Assembly (NCBI GenBank): GCA_020060105.1
Contig: JAGVAV010000023.1
Span: forward strand, 14,905-78,904
Direction: 5' to 3'
DNA length: 64,000 nucleotides
DNA from: Candidatus Woesebacteria bacterium
GTDB lineage: Bacteria > Patescibacteriota > Microgenomatia > Woykebacterales > 2-01-FULL-43-14
Numbering within the stretch: the first letter of the stretch is position 1; every line of letters begins with the position of its first letter. The position numbers and the translations under genes were made by a program. This document shows, one piece after another, positions 47,037-57,296 of this stretch. Below the pieces are notes generated by a model that was not told the origin of the DNA, searched no databases, and saw only the letters and a list, made by a program, of their open reading frames with translations.

Positions 47037-48152
47037 ATGAGGCGACTGGAAATTACTGTCAACGGCTACCCACTGCATGCCGCCGGGTTGCCGCATTTTC
47101 CAAGGTTCTTCGCTAGAGACGCTTTGCTATCCGCTTTGATTTTAGCGGAGGCCGGTCAAAGAGCAAAGTCCTTCGAGATTCTTCAAAAAACCCTTCCGTT
47201 CTGCCTCGCCTACCAAGGCAAAAAGAAGGACCCCTTCACTGGGGAGTTACCAGGCAAGGTACCCCATGAGTGCCCGGGCGTCATCCTTCGCGATCTTTCT
47301 ACTCTTTACAACGCCTGCGACAGCACCACCTTATTCCTAATCGCCTTGGAGCTTTATCTTGACCTGACCGGAAACCAAGCCGTCCTCCTAGAACATCGAG
47401 AGAGCATCAAAGAAGCGACTGACTGCATTCTTAGTCATGTCAAGGAAGATGGTCTTTTTTGGGAAGATCCTTCTCTTTGCGGCGCATCTCGATTCGCCCT
47501 CAAGGTGACTTATTGGAAGGATTCCCAACTGCCGCGAGAAAGGGAAGAGCCTCTCTACCCAGTCGTTTACACCCTGGCCCATTTCCAGAACGCCGCCGGT
47601 CTCCGAAGCGCTGCTAGAATGAGCGGCTCGAGGGAGTTGTTCAACGCTGGGTCAAAAATGATCCAAGCGGGGTTGGAGAAGCTTTGGGGAGGGAGCGACT
47701 TTTTCATTGGTCTAGATCAAAACGGCCCGATCTCCGGCCCTTCCTCCGACTCGCTTCACCTCCTTTACTACCTCTCGCCAGCCGACATTCGAAGCGAATG
47801 GGTCGTGCGGATCGTCGAGTCGACCAAAACTCTGGAAACTCCCTTTGGCTACCTAGCCTTAGCGCCTGGTCTCGCGGAAAATGTCGTCGACGACTATCAC
47901 GCCCGAATTTGGCCTTGGGAACACGCTCTCATCTACGCCGCGGCGGAGAAGCATAACCTCACTCGCGTTCAAGAGGTCAGTTCAAGAGTTCTTAAGGGCC
48001 TTGAGATGTTTCCCAATGAGGAACCCGAAACTTTAATCTACAATCCTCACGAAAAGACTGTCTCGACGGCTGGCTGCCAATATCAACTCTGGACTTGGGC
48101 CGCCAAAGCTTACCTTGAAAGTAAGATTCCTTTGCCAGTTTCTGTCAGTTAA
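47037..48152 (+). CDS. Amylo-alpha-1,6-glucosidase-like six-hairpin glycosidase
   Basis: AGLPHF..FARD; GELPGKVPHE; YNACDST; YWKDS; YH..IWPW. Confidence 0.75.
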   Translation: MRRLEITVNGYPLHAAGLPHFPRFFARDALLSALILAEAGQRAKSFEILQKTLPFCLAYQGKKKDPFTGELPGKVPHECPGVILRDLSTLYNACDSTTLFLIALELYLDLTGNQAVLLEHRESIKEATDCILSHVKEDGLFWEDPSLCGASRFALKVTYWKDSQLPREREEPLYPVVYTLAHFQNAAGLRSAARMSGSRELFNAGSKMIQAGLEKLWGGSDFFIGLDQNGPISGPSSDSLHLLYYLSPADIRSEWVVRIVESTKTLETPFGYLALAPGLAENVVDDYHARIWPWEHALIYAAAEKHNLTRVQEVSSRVLKGLEMFPNEEPETLIYNPHEKTVSTAGCQYQLWTWAAKAYLESKIPLPVSVS

Positions 48153-48293
48153 AACCAAGAGAGTGTCTTGCTTAAAGGCACTCTCTTTCCTCAACCAAAA
48201 AATAATGGGGCCTGTTGAATCTTGAATTAGCGCTCCCATCCCTTATCATGATAAGTGTTAACATTACTGTATTCTGATCAAAAAGGAGCGCCT

Positions 48294-48839
48294 ATGACGG
48301 AAGTAAACCCGGACAAAGAAAAACGGCCGGAAGAAATAGCCGCCGACCACGGCCAAAGTTTTAAACAGCTCTTAGAGTCTTTTGCCCGCGATAAAGCCTC
48401 CGCCGATGCCAAGGATGGAGACTATCTAATTACTCTGGTCGGAGAAGAAGCCGAAGGTTGGTACGCTCCTCAACTTTTAGGAGGTTTGGCTTGGGAAGAG
48501 CCGGACGAAGAAGAAAATCAACACCTGGAAGTAGTCGTCCAAGACATGCAGGATCTTCGTTTTATTCCTTATTTGAGAATCCGTTTAAAGCTGATCCGAG
48601 CAGACGGGGAAGAGGTGGAAGAAAAGGAGCAGCGCTTTATTTGGCATCCTTTCATTTACCATTACGGTGAAAACTGGGAAATTCCTGAAGAAGGAGACTA
48701 TTACGGAGAAATAACAATCAAGTCACCTGATTTTCGCCGCCATGACCTCGCTCGAGGTAAACGCTACCTTGAAGAGGTGAAAGTGAAAGTCGGGCCCCTT
48801 CACCTTACTCCAGGCCGGAAACCCCAGGCAAAAGAGTAA
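48294..48839 (+). CDS. Fe2+/Cu-binding 'iron transporter' protein (P19/Tpd-like)
   Basis: EEAEG.Y; HLEV; RFIPYL; WHPFIYHYGEN. Confidence 0.7.
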   Translation: MTEVNPDKEKRPEEIAADHGQSFKQLLESFARDKASADAKDGDYLITLVGEEAEGWYAPQLLGGLAWEEPDEEENQHLEVVVQDMQDLRFIPYLRIRLKLIRADGEEVEEKEQRFIWHPFIYHYGENWEIPEEGDYYGEITIKSPDFRRHDLARGKRYLEEVKVKVGPLHLTPGRKPQAKE

Positions 48840-48851
48840 TTCCAGTCAACC

Positions 48852-49874
48852 CTACGAAAACTGAGGCAAAAGCAATTGGGCGATAAAGAAGTAGAGAGTC
48901 AAGCTGGAAACATCTCTAATAACCGTCGCCAAAGGCCCGCTGGCAATCGCCGGATCCAACCCTCTTTTGGTGAAAAACCAGGGCATAAAAAGAGCCAAAG
49001 CCATCGCCATAATAATGGTGACAAAGACAGAGACGCCTAAAATCAACCCAATCACCAAGGCTTTTGTCCAAAGAAAGGAAAAGGCCGAAATTGCCAACCC
49101 TAAAGACAAAGCCAAGACCAAGGCAATTTTCACTTCGCGAATCGCGTAACCTTTGAAACCAAGCCTATGGTCTAAGGCCATGCTCCTTATGTAAAGCGTT
49201 TGAGTCTGAGCGCCCACCGCGTCAGCCATGTAAACGATCAGCGGAATAAAGGCGGCCAGAATCAAGTGTTCTCCCCAAGCCCCCTCAAAGAATTCCACGA
49301 TAAAAGCGGCCAAAATACCACCCAGTAGGCCAACCACTAACCAAGGCAGCCTCTTGTTAACATGAACCAAAGCGGACGCTTCAATAATACTTTTCGCCGG
49401 GTCCTCCAGGTGAATACCGGTTGAAAGTAAGTCATCTTCAATATTTTCGCTGTGCAAAACATTTAGAATGGTGTCGGAAGGAATTACTCCCAAAAAACGT
49501 CCGTCGCTTTCGGTAATGGGGATCGCTTTTAGACTATGCCGAATTGAAAGTAAAGCCACTCTCTCCTGAAGAGTGTGGGGCCGGGCGGTTACAAGGCTTT
49601 TTTGCATTATCTCCGAAACTTTCCTTTCTTTAGGCCAAGAAAAAAGTTCTTTGATGGAAACCACCCCAACCAATTTCTCAGAAGAGTCTAAAACGTAAAA
49701 GTAATTTAAGGATTCAAAATCTTTCGCTTTCTTTAAGAGTGTCTTTTCCACATCGGCAAGGGAAGCGTTGGGAGAAATCAAAGGAACCCGGTCGGTCATC
49801 AACCGAGCAGCCGCCTTTTTTGGAACGTTTTTCACTTCAAATTTGTTTATCCTTTTAGGAAAGCCTTGGGGCAT
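48852..49874 (-). CDS. mgtE: MgtE magnesium transporter (CBS and TM domains)
   Basis: CBS pair; RLPWL; AFIPL; GLDPAIASGPLAT..D. Confidence 0.85.
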   Translation of the reverse strand: MPQGFPKRINKFEVKNVPKKAAARLMTDRVPLISPNASLADVEKTLLKKAKDFESLNYFYVLDSSEKLVGVVSIKELFSWPKERKVSEIMQKSLVTARPHTLQERVALLSIRHSLKAIPITESDGRFLGVIPSDTILNVLHSENIEDDLLSTGIHLEDPAKSIIEASALVHVNKRLPWLVVGLLGGILAAFIVEFFEGAWGEHLILAAFIPLIVYMADAVGAQTQTLYIRSMALDHRLGFKGYAIREVKIALVLALSLGLAISAFSFLWTKALVIGLILGVSVFVTIIMAMALALFMPWFFTKRGLDPAIASGPLATVIRDVSSLTLYFFIAQLLLPQFS

Positions 49875-52524
49875 AAGCTGCCTCCTCAACCGGGGGCGAA
49901 ACCTTCATCCTTCTGATTTCTTTAAAGAAATCAAAAATCGAAATGATAATCAGTCCGGAAGATATCGCCACTGTCCAGTTTAACAATCCGATAGGAGTAG
50001 TGCCAAAAATTTCGTTTACCGGGGAGTAAATCACGATAATCGTCGCTATCATTGAAATTACCGAAGCGAGAACAAGATATTTATTCACCAGTAAAGAGCG
50101 GGTGAGAACCCCTTTCCTAAAGGAGCGAAAACTAAAGGCATTAGCAATTTCTAAGCAAATTAACGTCAGCAGAGCGGTAGTTCTGGCGGTAGTCAAATCT
50201 TGATTAAAAACGTTTAGAGACAGGTAAAAGACCCCTAAAGTGATAAAACCCATTAGAGCCCCGGTGGCAATCAGCAAACCAATCAAGGACTCACTTAAAA
50301 CCTGCGAGTTTTTTCGCGGTTTTCTTTGCATCACGTCGGAGGAGGAAGGGTTAAAGCCTAGAGTAATGGCTGGTAAGTTATCCGTGACTAAGTTCATAAA
50401 CAAAATTTGTAAGGCTAATAAAGGCAGAGGCAAGCCGAGAAGAATACCTAAGAAGATAATCATCAGTTCGGCAAAGTTACAGGAAAGCTGGTAAGTGACA
50501 AACTTTTGGATATTGTAAAAGACCGTTCTTCCTTCGTCAATCGCCGCCACAATGGTCGAAAAATTATCATCCTTAAGCGTCAGATCGGCCACTTCCCGGG
50601 AAACGTCCGTCCCGTTCTTACCCATGGCGATACCAATGTGGGCCTCCTTTAAGGCCGGGGCGTCATTAACCCCATCTCCAGTCATAGTCACAATCTCTCC
50701 ATTTTTCTTTAAGGCTCGGACAATTCTGAGCTTATGCTCCGGTTTGACCCGGGCAAAAATACTGACCTTCTTAACCAATCTTGAGAGCTCCTCGTCCGTC
50801 AAACTATCCAATTCGCTGCCGGTCACCACATTTCCCCCCAAGTTTACCTGTCTTGAGATCGCCAAGGCAGTTTCTTTATGATCTCCGGTAATCATCTTGA
50901 CCTCTATTCCTCCTTCCCTGCACAACTTAAGAGCCTGAGCGACCTCTGGTCGTGGAGGATCCTCCATTCCCACCAAACCCAAAAAAATCAAATCTTTTTC
51001 AAAGTTATTTTTATCTGTTTTTTTCGCCGACTTAAAGGCCAAAGCCAAAGTTCTTAACCCCTCGGAAGTTAACTTCGCGTTAACCGCCAAAATCTTCTCC
51101 TTCTCTTTATCTTTAAACTCGACTATCCCATCAGCCATCTGTTTAGATTGGCAGAGATCCAAAAGAATTTCAGGAGCCCCTTTGGCATAAACTATGTGAC
51201 CTGAGCTTTCCTTCACCAAAACCGACATTAGTTTCCGCTCTGAACTAAAGGGAATTTCTTTTTCTCGGCTGGCTTTCAAGTCTTCTTTGTACACTCCCGC
51301 TTTGGCGGCCATAATTAATAGTGACACTTCCGTCGGCGTCCCCCTCGTCAAGTACTCTCGATCCGTCCCTTTTCTTTCAATAACCGCGTCGTTGCACAAC
51401 ACGGAGGCTTTCAGGAGAGTATTTAAAGTTAAATCGGAATAGGAAGCAATTTTTTTATTTTGGTAAATAAATTCTCCTTCTCCTTCGTAACCCACTCCAG
51501 TCAACTCTGCTAATTTATCACTAAAAAAGATTTTCCGAGCTGTCATTTCTCCTTTCGTAATCGTTCCTGTTTTGTCTGAACAAACCACCGTCGCTTCACC
51601 CAGGGTTTCAATAATCGACATTCGATTCACAACCGCGTTTTTCTTGGCCATCCGATAAGCTCCAGCGGCTAGAGTAGAGATTAAAACGACCGGAAATCCT
51701 TCCGGGAAGGCAGAGACGGATAAAGCAATCACCACTAGTAAAACCTCGACCAAGACTACCTCAGAAAAAGAAGCGCTCCTAAGAATCATCACTAGCCCCG
51801 TCAAAATAGAAATGCTAATTGCGACCACCACCATGTACTTGGCAATTCTGTTAACCTTTTTCTGAAGGGGCAATTCTTTTTCTACCGTCGAAACCAAACC
51901 AGCAATTTTACCAAAACGGGTGTTCATCCCCGAATGAAGAACTTTAGCCACGCACTTACCATTAACCACAAAAGTCCCCATGAAAAGAAGGTTTTCTTCT
52001 TTATAGTTTGTTGTTTTGGCCTCCATTTTCTTGATCTCCCTGGATTCTCCCGTTAAAACAGATTCATTCACCCTTAATTCCGTCGCCTCCAGAACAACCG
52101 CGTCGGCCGGAATCTTTTCCCCCGTTCTTAAAATAACGATATCACCCGGAACAATTTCTTTTGAAGGAACCTCTATTTCTTTTCCGCCCCGAATAACAAT
52201 GGAAACGGGCATGATCATGCTCTTTAATGCCTTGATGGCTTTTTCTGCCTTGAACTCCTGTAAAAACCCCGCTCCAACGGTCACCATGATAACCCCAAGA
52301 ATGGTGTAAGCCGTCACCGACTTCCCAAGGAGAAAGCAAATAATCATCACCACAAAAAGGAGGTAAACGATAAAGTTATGCTTTATTTGTCTGAAAAGAA
52401 TCTGGAATGGGGAAAGGTGGATAAGTTCTCTTATTTCATTATAACCATGCTCTTGTAGCCTCTGTTTCGCTTCCTTTTCGTCTAAACCGATTAACCTGGC
52501 AGGCATATTTTTTAAATTCCTCAA
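49855..52524 (-). CDS. P-type (P2, Ca2+-like) cation-transporting ATPase
   Basis: LTGES; PEG; DKTGT; KGAPE; MITGD; TGDGVNDAPAL. Confidence 0.95.
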   Translation of the reverse strand: MRNLKNMPARLIGLDEKEAKQRLQEHGYNEIRELIHLSPFQILFRQIKHNFIVYLLFVVMIICFLLGKSVTAYTILGVIMVTVGAGFLQEFKAEKAIKALKSMIMPVSIVIRGGKEIEVPSKEIVPGDIVILRTGEKIPADAVVLEATELRVNESVLTGESREIKKMEAKTTNYKEENLLFMGTFVVNGKCVAKVLHSGMNTRFGKIAGLVSTVEKELPLQKKVNRIAKYMVVVAISISILTGLVMILRSASFSEVVLVEVLLVVIALSVSAFPEGFPVVLISTLAAGAYRMAKKNAVVNRMSIIETLGEATVVCSDKTGTITKGEMTARKIFFSDKLAELTGVGYEGEGEFIYQNKKIASYSDLTLNTLLKASVLCNDAVIERKGTDREYLTRGTPTEVSLLIMAAKAGVYKEDLKASREKEIPFSSERKLMSVLVKESSGHIVYAKGAPEILLDLCQSKQMADGIVEFKDKEKEKILAVNAKLTSEGLRTLALAFKSAKKTDKNNFEKDLIFLGLVGMEDPPRPEVAQALKLCREGGIEVKMITGDHKETALAISRQVNLGGNVVTGSELDSLTDEELSRLVKKVSIFARVKPEHKLRIVRALKKNGEIVTMTGDGVNDAPALKEAHIGIAMGKNGTDVSREVADLTLKDDNFSTIVAAIDEGRTVFYNIQKFVTYQLSCNFAELMIIFLGILLGLPLPLLALQILFMNLVTDNLPAITLGFNPSSSDVMQRKPRKNSQVLSESLIGLLIATGALMGFITLGVFYLSLNVFNQDLTTARTTALLTLICLEIANAFSFRSFRKGVLTRSLLVNKYLVLASVISMIATIIVIYSPVNEIFGTTPIGLLNWTVAISSGLIIISIFDFFKEIRRMKVSPPVEEAAYAPRLS

Positions 52525-52665
52525 ACTGTTCCAACCGCTAACTTAAACTTATTTTACCAGCAGCCAAACTGCTTTTCAATCTTTAATTTAGGAGTATAAT
52601 GTTATTTAAAGTAAGGAGGGAACAGCTTCTTTAACCTTGTAACTAAACGTTAAGGAGAGAGAACC

Positions 52666-53337
52666 TTGGGTAAAAGTAACCGGCCAGCTCTTCCTAAAAG
52701 AGTAAGAGACGTGGTTTATAAACGTGATGGGGGAGTTTGTCAAACTCCTGGTTGCGGCCAAGAGAACAAGAGAAAGTTAACCTGCCATCATAAGGTCCCT
52801 GTTTCCCAGGATTCGTCCCTTTTTGACGATCCCGAGAACATCGAATTGCGCTGTGCAGGTTGCCACGGCATGATAAACAAAGGAACCTTAGTGATCATCA
52901 GAGGCAGCCAAGGAAAGCCTCTGGTTCACCTGTTAGTCACGCCAAACTCATTGACTTGGCTGCAAGCTGATGGAAACAAAGTTCTTATCTGGGCCCCGGC
53001 CACCAAGAAACGTGTCTGGCATGGGCGCCTTTACACGGAAGATTTTGTTTTTCCCGAGGCGGAAACGGTTTCTGAATACCAAGGCTCTGAGGAGGAAGTG
53101 CCTTGCATTCAACCGCGTTTTCTCAAAGCCCGCGCGGTCGCGGGGCAAAGGTTACTATCTCTAAAAAACGGGGCGGGGAAGGTAGTCGCTCGGCTATGGG
53201 TCCCTTTGGATCTGCGAAGTCGTCGTCAGGCCAAACATAAAGTCGGTCAAAAACATCCGCGGACGACTCCCCGAATCCAAAACGCTCCCTTCAGCTCTAG
53301 CGCTATCCACGCCCAAGTTGCCGTTAGAGCCTCCTAA
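52666..53337 (+). CDS. HNH endonuclease domain protein
   Basis: VYKRDGGVCQTPGC..LTCHH..NIELRCAGCH. Confidence 0.75.
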   Translation: MGKSNRPALPKRVRDVVYKRDGGVCQTPGCGQENKRKLTCHHKVPVSQDSSLFDDPENIELRCAGCHGMINKGTLVIIRGSQGKPLVHLLVTPNSLTWLQADGNKVLIWAPATKKRVWHGRLYTEDFVFPEAETVSEYQGSEEEVPCIQPRFLKARAVAGQRLLSLKNGAGKVVARLWVPLDLRSRRQAKHKVGQKHPRTTPRIQNAPFSSSAIHAQVAVRAS

Positions 53338-53367
53338 CCTTAAAAAGTCCTAGGGTGCAAATACGAA

Positions 53368-53384
53368 GACACCCCGGGGGTGTC
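53368..53384. repeat. Palindrome resembling the repeat A core
   Basis: GACACCCC-G-GGGGTGTC, followed by a terminator at 53391-53423. Confidence 0.4.
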
Positions 53385-53453
53385 GTGGGTAGGGCAGGTG
53401 AGTATTTCGCCTGTCCTTTTTCTTTAAACTCCTAATTTCCCTTATCTTGTATA

Positions 53454-53732
53454 ATGAAGGGGATGATTAAACATTTCAACATCTCCATTGATGGACTCGT
53501 TCACGGAGTCTTTTTCCGCACTTCAGCCAAGCAGAAAGCAGATTATCTTAATCTCAAAGGCTTTGCCCAAAATGAGCCTGACGGCTCAGTTTATCTGGAA
53601 GTAGAGGGGGAGGAAGAAAATTTAGAAAAGTTTCTCACCTGGTGCCGAAAGGGTCCTCCCTTAGCGAAAGTGGAAAGAGTAGAAGTTACCAAAGGTCTAG
53701 TAAAAGGCTACAGTGACTTTGTGATTATCTAA
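53454..53732 (+). CDS. acyP: Acylphosphatase
   Basis: GLVHGVFFR; GFAQNEPDGSV; KGPP.AKV. Confidence 0.92.
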   Translation: MKGMIKHFNISIDGLVHGVFFRTSAKQKADYLNLKGFAQNEPDGSVYLEVEGEEENLEKFLTWCRKGPPLAKVERVEVTKGLVKGYSDFVII

Positions 53733-53837
53733 TTCCGCCCGAAACGCTTCTCGTAATCCAATCCAACGAAAGATTGAAGTTGAGCAGATTTAAAAGCGGT
53801 CTTGAAAATGTTGCCCGCGACGTGTCATAATGCTTTT

Positions 53838-55310
53838 ATGAGCTTTCAAGGAGGCGCTTTACTGTCTAAGTGGTTCATTCCTTTCCTCTTCCTTTGGAGT
53901 ATCTCCGTCGGAGAAATGTTTCCCGTCTGCGTGGAAAATTTCAACTGTTTTCCAGAAGTGGTCGATCCCTGGACGAAAGAAACTTTGGTGGCCAGTCCGG
54001 AAAGGTTTTTCTCTGTGGTGATCTTTTATCTGTTAATCGCCGTTTCCTTTTGGTTCCTTTACCGAAAGTTTCATTGGCCGCTGGTTTTACTCATCGCCGT
54101 TGCCTTCGGCCTGACGAAAGAGTTTCTTTTTAAGTCTCCGGAACCAAGTGATTTATTTTTAACCAGGGAACTCTTCGGCGCGACCGCCTTTTACACCTTG
54201 GCTTGGTCTGCAATGTTATTTCTCCCTTTCCTCCTATTTAAAGGGGTAAGTAGGATTTTAGGGAACCGGAGAAAGATCAAGACCGCGGTGCCAATCGTTT
54301 TATCCTTAGCCTTCCTTTTGTTTATCGCGGGCCACTTTTTCCCCCAGAGACCCGAGGAATCAGTTTCCGCGGTCGGATCGGCGCTCACGGATTGTCAAAG
54401 GAAGTTTACCCCCACCGTCAGCAACGGTCCGTATTATACCGGGGAGCTGTTTGACTCCCATTACCATATACCGATTCCTCCGGGAATGAGAGCAATGTTT
54501 ATGGATACGCCAACGCTGGGCAAGGATATTACTTTAAGTCAAATTCGCTGCACGCTTGACAAGGAAGGAGTCGAAAATGTTCTGGCTTTTTACATGCCGA
54601 AAAAAACCGATCGGCTTTCAATTCCCCAGGCCGCCGAAATAAAACAGTACTTGGGAAACCGGTTGTATTTGTTTATCTCGCCAGCGATTCTCAACGGGGC
54701 TGAACTGGAGAAAATTTTGAATGAAAATCCCGGTCTTTTCATCGGCATTGGGGAAATTGGTTTTTACGAGATTATCAATTTCTTGAAGCCTATTGATAGC
54801 CGCTGGGCCAAAAACATTTATCAAATCGCTACTAAGCACAACCTTCCAGTGATGTTTCACCCGGGAGATAATCAGCTGGATAAACTGGAAAAAATCTTGC
54901 AGCAGTTTCCTCAAACAACTTTTATCCTGCACGGTCACGAAATGGAACGGAAGATGGACGAGTTGATGGGTAAATATTCCAACATCTATTACTCAATTGA
55001 TTCGGCCTCTCTTTATCCTCTGCGGGGCAAGTTCATTTTTGGCCCGAAGGAAGAGTTTTTAGCCGAATTTAAAAAGGATTTCAAGGCCATCCTAGAGGAA
55101 AAGGTAAGTCTTTGGAAAGACACGATAAGCAGGTATCCCGATCGTTTCATGTGGGGGACTGACCGAAGCGTTAAATGGAATTACAGTGAGGAGATGAGTG
55201 TCTTGATGGAAGAATTCGCACGGGCTTTTATCGGCCGACTAGACCCCGCTGTCCAAGAAAAATTCGCCTACCAAAACGCTCAAAAGTTATTGAAGAAACA
55301 AAAGGAATAA
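53838..55310 (+). CDS. Multi-TM membrane domain fused to an amidohydrolase (TIM-barrel metallohydrolase) domain
   Basis: About 5 TM segments, then DSHYH; GIGE; MFH; LHGH; RFMWGTD; YQNA. Confidence 0.75.
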   Translation: MSFQGGALLSKWFIPFLFLWSISVGEMFPVCVENFNCFPEVVDPWTKETLVASPERFFSVVIFYLLIAVSFWFLYRKFHWPLVLLIAVAFGLTKEFLFKSPEPSDLFLTRELFGATAFYTLAWSAMLFLPFLLFKGVSRILGNRRKIKTAVPIVLSLAFLLFIAGHFFPQRPEESVSAVGSALTDCQRKFTPTVSNGPYYTGELFDSHYHIPIPPGMRAMFMDTPTLGKDITLSQIRCTLDKEGVENVLAFYMPKKTDRLSIPQAAEIKQYLGNRLYLFISPAILNGAELEKILNENPGLFIGIGEIGFYEIINFLKPIDSRWAKNIYQIATKHNLPVMFHPGDNQLDKLEKILQQFPQTTFILHGHEMERKMDELMGKYSNIYYSIDSASLYPLRGKFIFGPKEEFLAEFKKDFKAILEEKVSLWKDTISRYPDRFMWGTDRSVKWNYSEEMSVLMEEFARAFIGRLDPAVQEKFAYQNAQKLLKKQKE

Positions 55311-55353
55311 GTAAAGGCCTCGATTCGCTAAATAGCACGAGGCCTAAGAAAAG

Positions 55354-55740
55354 CTAAACCCTCAAGATCTCCCTTAAACGTTCCTCCCACTCAGGAAGAC
55401 CCAAAGAGACTAATTCAGAATTATAAGGATAAAGATTCATAATCACCGTGCGGGCAATCAAAGCGACAATTTCTTCAGCCGCATCGGAAAAGACATCAAC
55501 GATTTCCCTTCTTTCTTCGGCCATTGTCTGAAGACAAACCTTAACTTCTTCCTGTAACTCTGGACGGTCGGTCAGCAAGTAATTTTCCAGAGTCACTCCA
55601 CCCCGGACATCCTCCGGAATGAGCATTCGCAACCGAAAACTGCAGCGTAATAGCTCTTCTACGTAGGAACGAAGGTCGCTCGTTCTCTCTTCCCCCAGGA
55701 TTTCCGCCAGGTCAATGGTCACCTTCATAACTCTCTCCAC
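55354..55740 (-). CDS. Hypothetical protein
   Basis: 128-aa ORF convergent on a hairpin at 55315-55345. Confidence 0.5.
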   Translation of the reverse strand: MERVMKVTIDLAEILGEERTSDLRSYVEELLRCSFRLRMLIPEDVRGGVTLENYLLTDRPELQEEVKVCLQTMAEERREIVDVFSDAAEEIVALIARTVIMNLYPYNSELVSLGLPEWEERLREILRV

Positions 55741-55955
55741 TTTATCTTTCTTACCTAACGTCTGTTTTGCGGACCGGCGACGGCCACGATTAAGTTCGTG
55801 TGTGTTGTTGCCTCTCTACTAGCATATCCTCTCCTTGATCTTTGATTAGTTTGATTGCTCATTTTAGAAGAACAAGTGGTAAAAGTCAATGGAACTTGCT
55901 TTTTCCGGAAGTTTCTTGGTATAATCCCACCAAAAGGAAGGTAGGAGGGCAGGCC

Positions 55956-56612
55956 GTGAGCATTTGGTTGTCTGCTAATAGAGAACCAACTATAAAAGAA
56001 AAATTGTCCGTCTTAACCACCTTGGCCAGTCAAGTTTCTCAGGCCCAAGAAGAAATTGGCGAGGGAGATTCAGAAGACGATCTTCGGGAAATCGCTAACC
56101 AGCTTTCGGAGGTAGTCAAGTCTTTTGAAAGAGCCGTTGCCGCCGAGGAAGCAGGTTATGAGGAAATCAATCTGCTCAAATTATTTGGCTGGGTCTCCTG
56201 GCAGAACGAGAAAGATCCCCGACAGCCTAAAGCCATCAAGTGGACGTCCCGTATTGGGCTGCTTGTAATTCTTTTTGTCTCAGGATGGCTTCTAGGTTTG
56301 GATCTAGTTCTATCTTTGCTTATGGGATCTATAGGTGCTTTGGCTCTAATATTAATCGGAACTATTGACGAGACAAACCAGCTTTTCAAAAAAGGTTTTT
56401 CTGACCGGGACCATTTTCTCTCGGAAGTGCCGCCACAAGTAACCGCGGTTATCGAAAAAGCCAAAGCGCAGAAATGGTCCGGGAAACCCTTGTTTGACCG
56501 GATAATGATCTACGCCCCGAAGAAAGAAAAGCCGGACGAAAACTATCTGGAAAGAGTCGTCTACGGAAAAATTGACTGTTGGAATTTTCTGATTACCACT
56601 TACCCCGGCTAA
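55956..56612 (+). CDS. Orphan membrane protein
   Basis: TGGTATAAT, SD AGGAGG, GTG start; two TM segments. Confidence 0.6.
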   Translation: MSIWLSANREPTIKEKLSVLTTLASQVSQAQEEIGEGDSEDDLREIANQLSEVVKSFERAVAAEEAGYEEINLLKLFGWVSWQNEKDPRQPKAIKWTSRIGLLVILFVSGWLLGLDLVLSLLMGSIGALALILIGTIDETNQLFKKGFSDRDHFLSEVPPQVTAVIEKAKAQKWSGKPLFDRIMIYAPKKEKPDENYLERVVYGKIDCWNFLITTYPG

Positions 56613-56657
56613 GTCTTAATCCCGAATTTTTAAGTCACTTAAGAATTCGGGATTTTT

Positions 56658-57137
56658 TTACTTTTGTAAAATTTCTTTTTTAACCATTTCGAGAAAGGAG
56701 GGGACCATGGAGTGAGTCGGGGAGGGGGGATTGTAAACGTCAAACCAACCGATTTCTTCCACCTTTTCAGGATCACCGATTCTGACCTCTTCTGGGTCAA
56801 CACGGGCAGTGAAGATAAGCGCAATCCAGTGAGTTTTTATCTCGCCGTTTTCTCGCAAAACATTATGTGCCCCTAAAAACTTCAGATCTAGGACTTCCGT
56901 AGCGTATTCTTCCCGAATTTCTCGGCAAACCGCTTCTTCAAAGGTTTCGCCAAATTCCATCGCTCCACCGCCAACGTCCCAACGGCCGACCTCATCCCGA
57001 CACCGGGCGCTTCTTTTATGCATCAGCAAATTTCCCTTTCCGTCGTGACAATAAAAGACACAGGTAATCCCGATGAAGTCAACCCCTCTTTTCAAATCCA
57101 GCTGTTTATAATTTTCTTCACCCGCCTTTTTCTTCAT
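56658..57137 (-). CDS. NUDIX hydrolase
   Basis: GGAMEFGETFEEAVCREIREEY Nudix box. Confidence 0.9.
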   Translation of the reverse strand: MKKKAGEENYKQLDLKRGVDFIGITCVFYCHDGKGNLLMHKRSARCRDEVGRWDVGGGAMEFGETFEEAVCREIREEYATEVLDLKFLGAHNVLRENGEIKTHWIALIFTARVDPEEVRIGDPEKVEEIGWFDVYNPPSPTHSMVPSFLEMVKKEILQK

Positions 57138-57296
57138 AACCACATTATATAGCACAACCCTCGACTTGAGAAGCCGCTTTGACTTCTTTTTCTTTTTGTT
57201 ATAATATTGCCCTTAGAGTCAAGCCACCTCTTAGTCGGCTTGATTTCTTTTTCAAGTTGAACCTTAACAATTAAACATCCAGAAAGGAAGTGAGCC

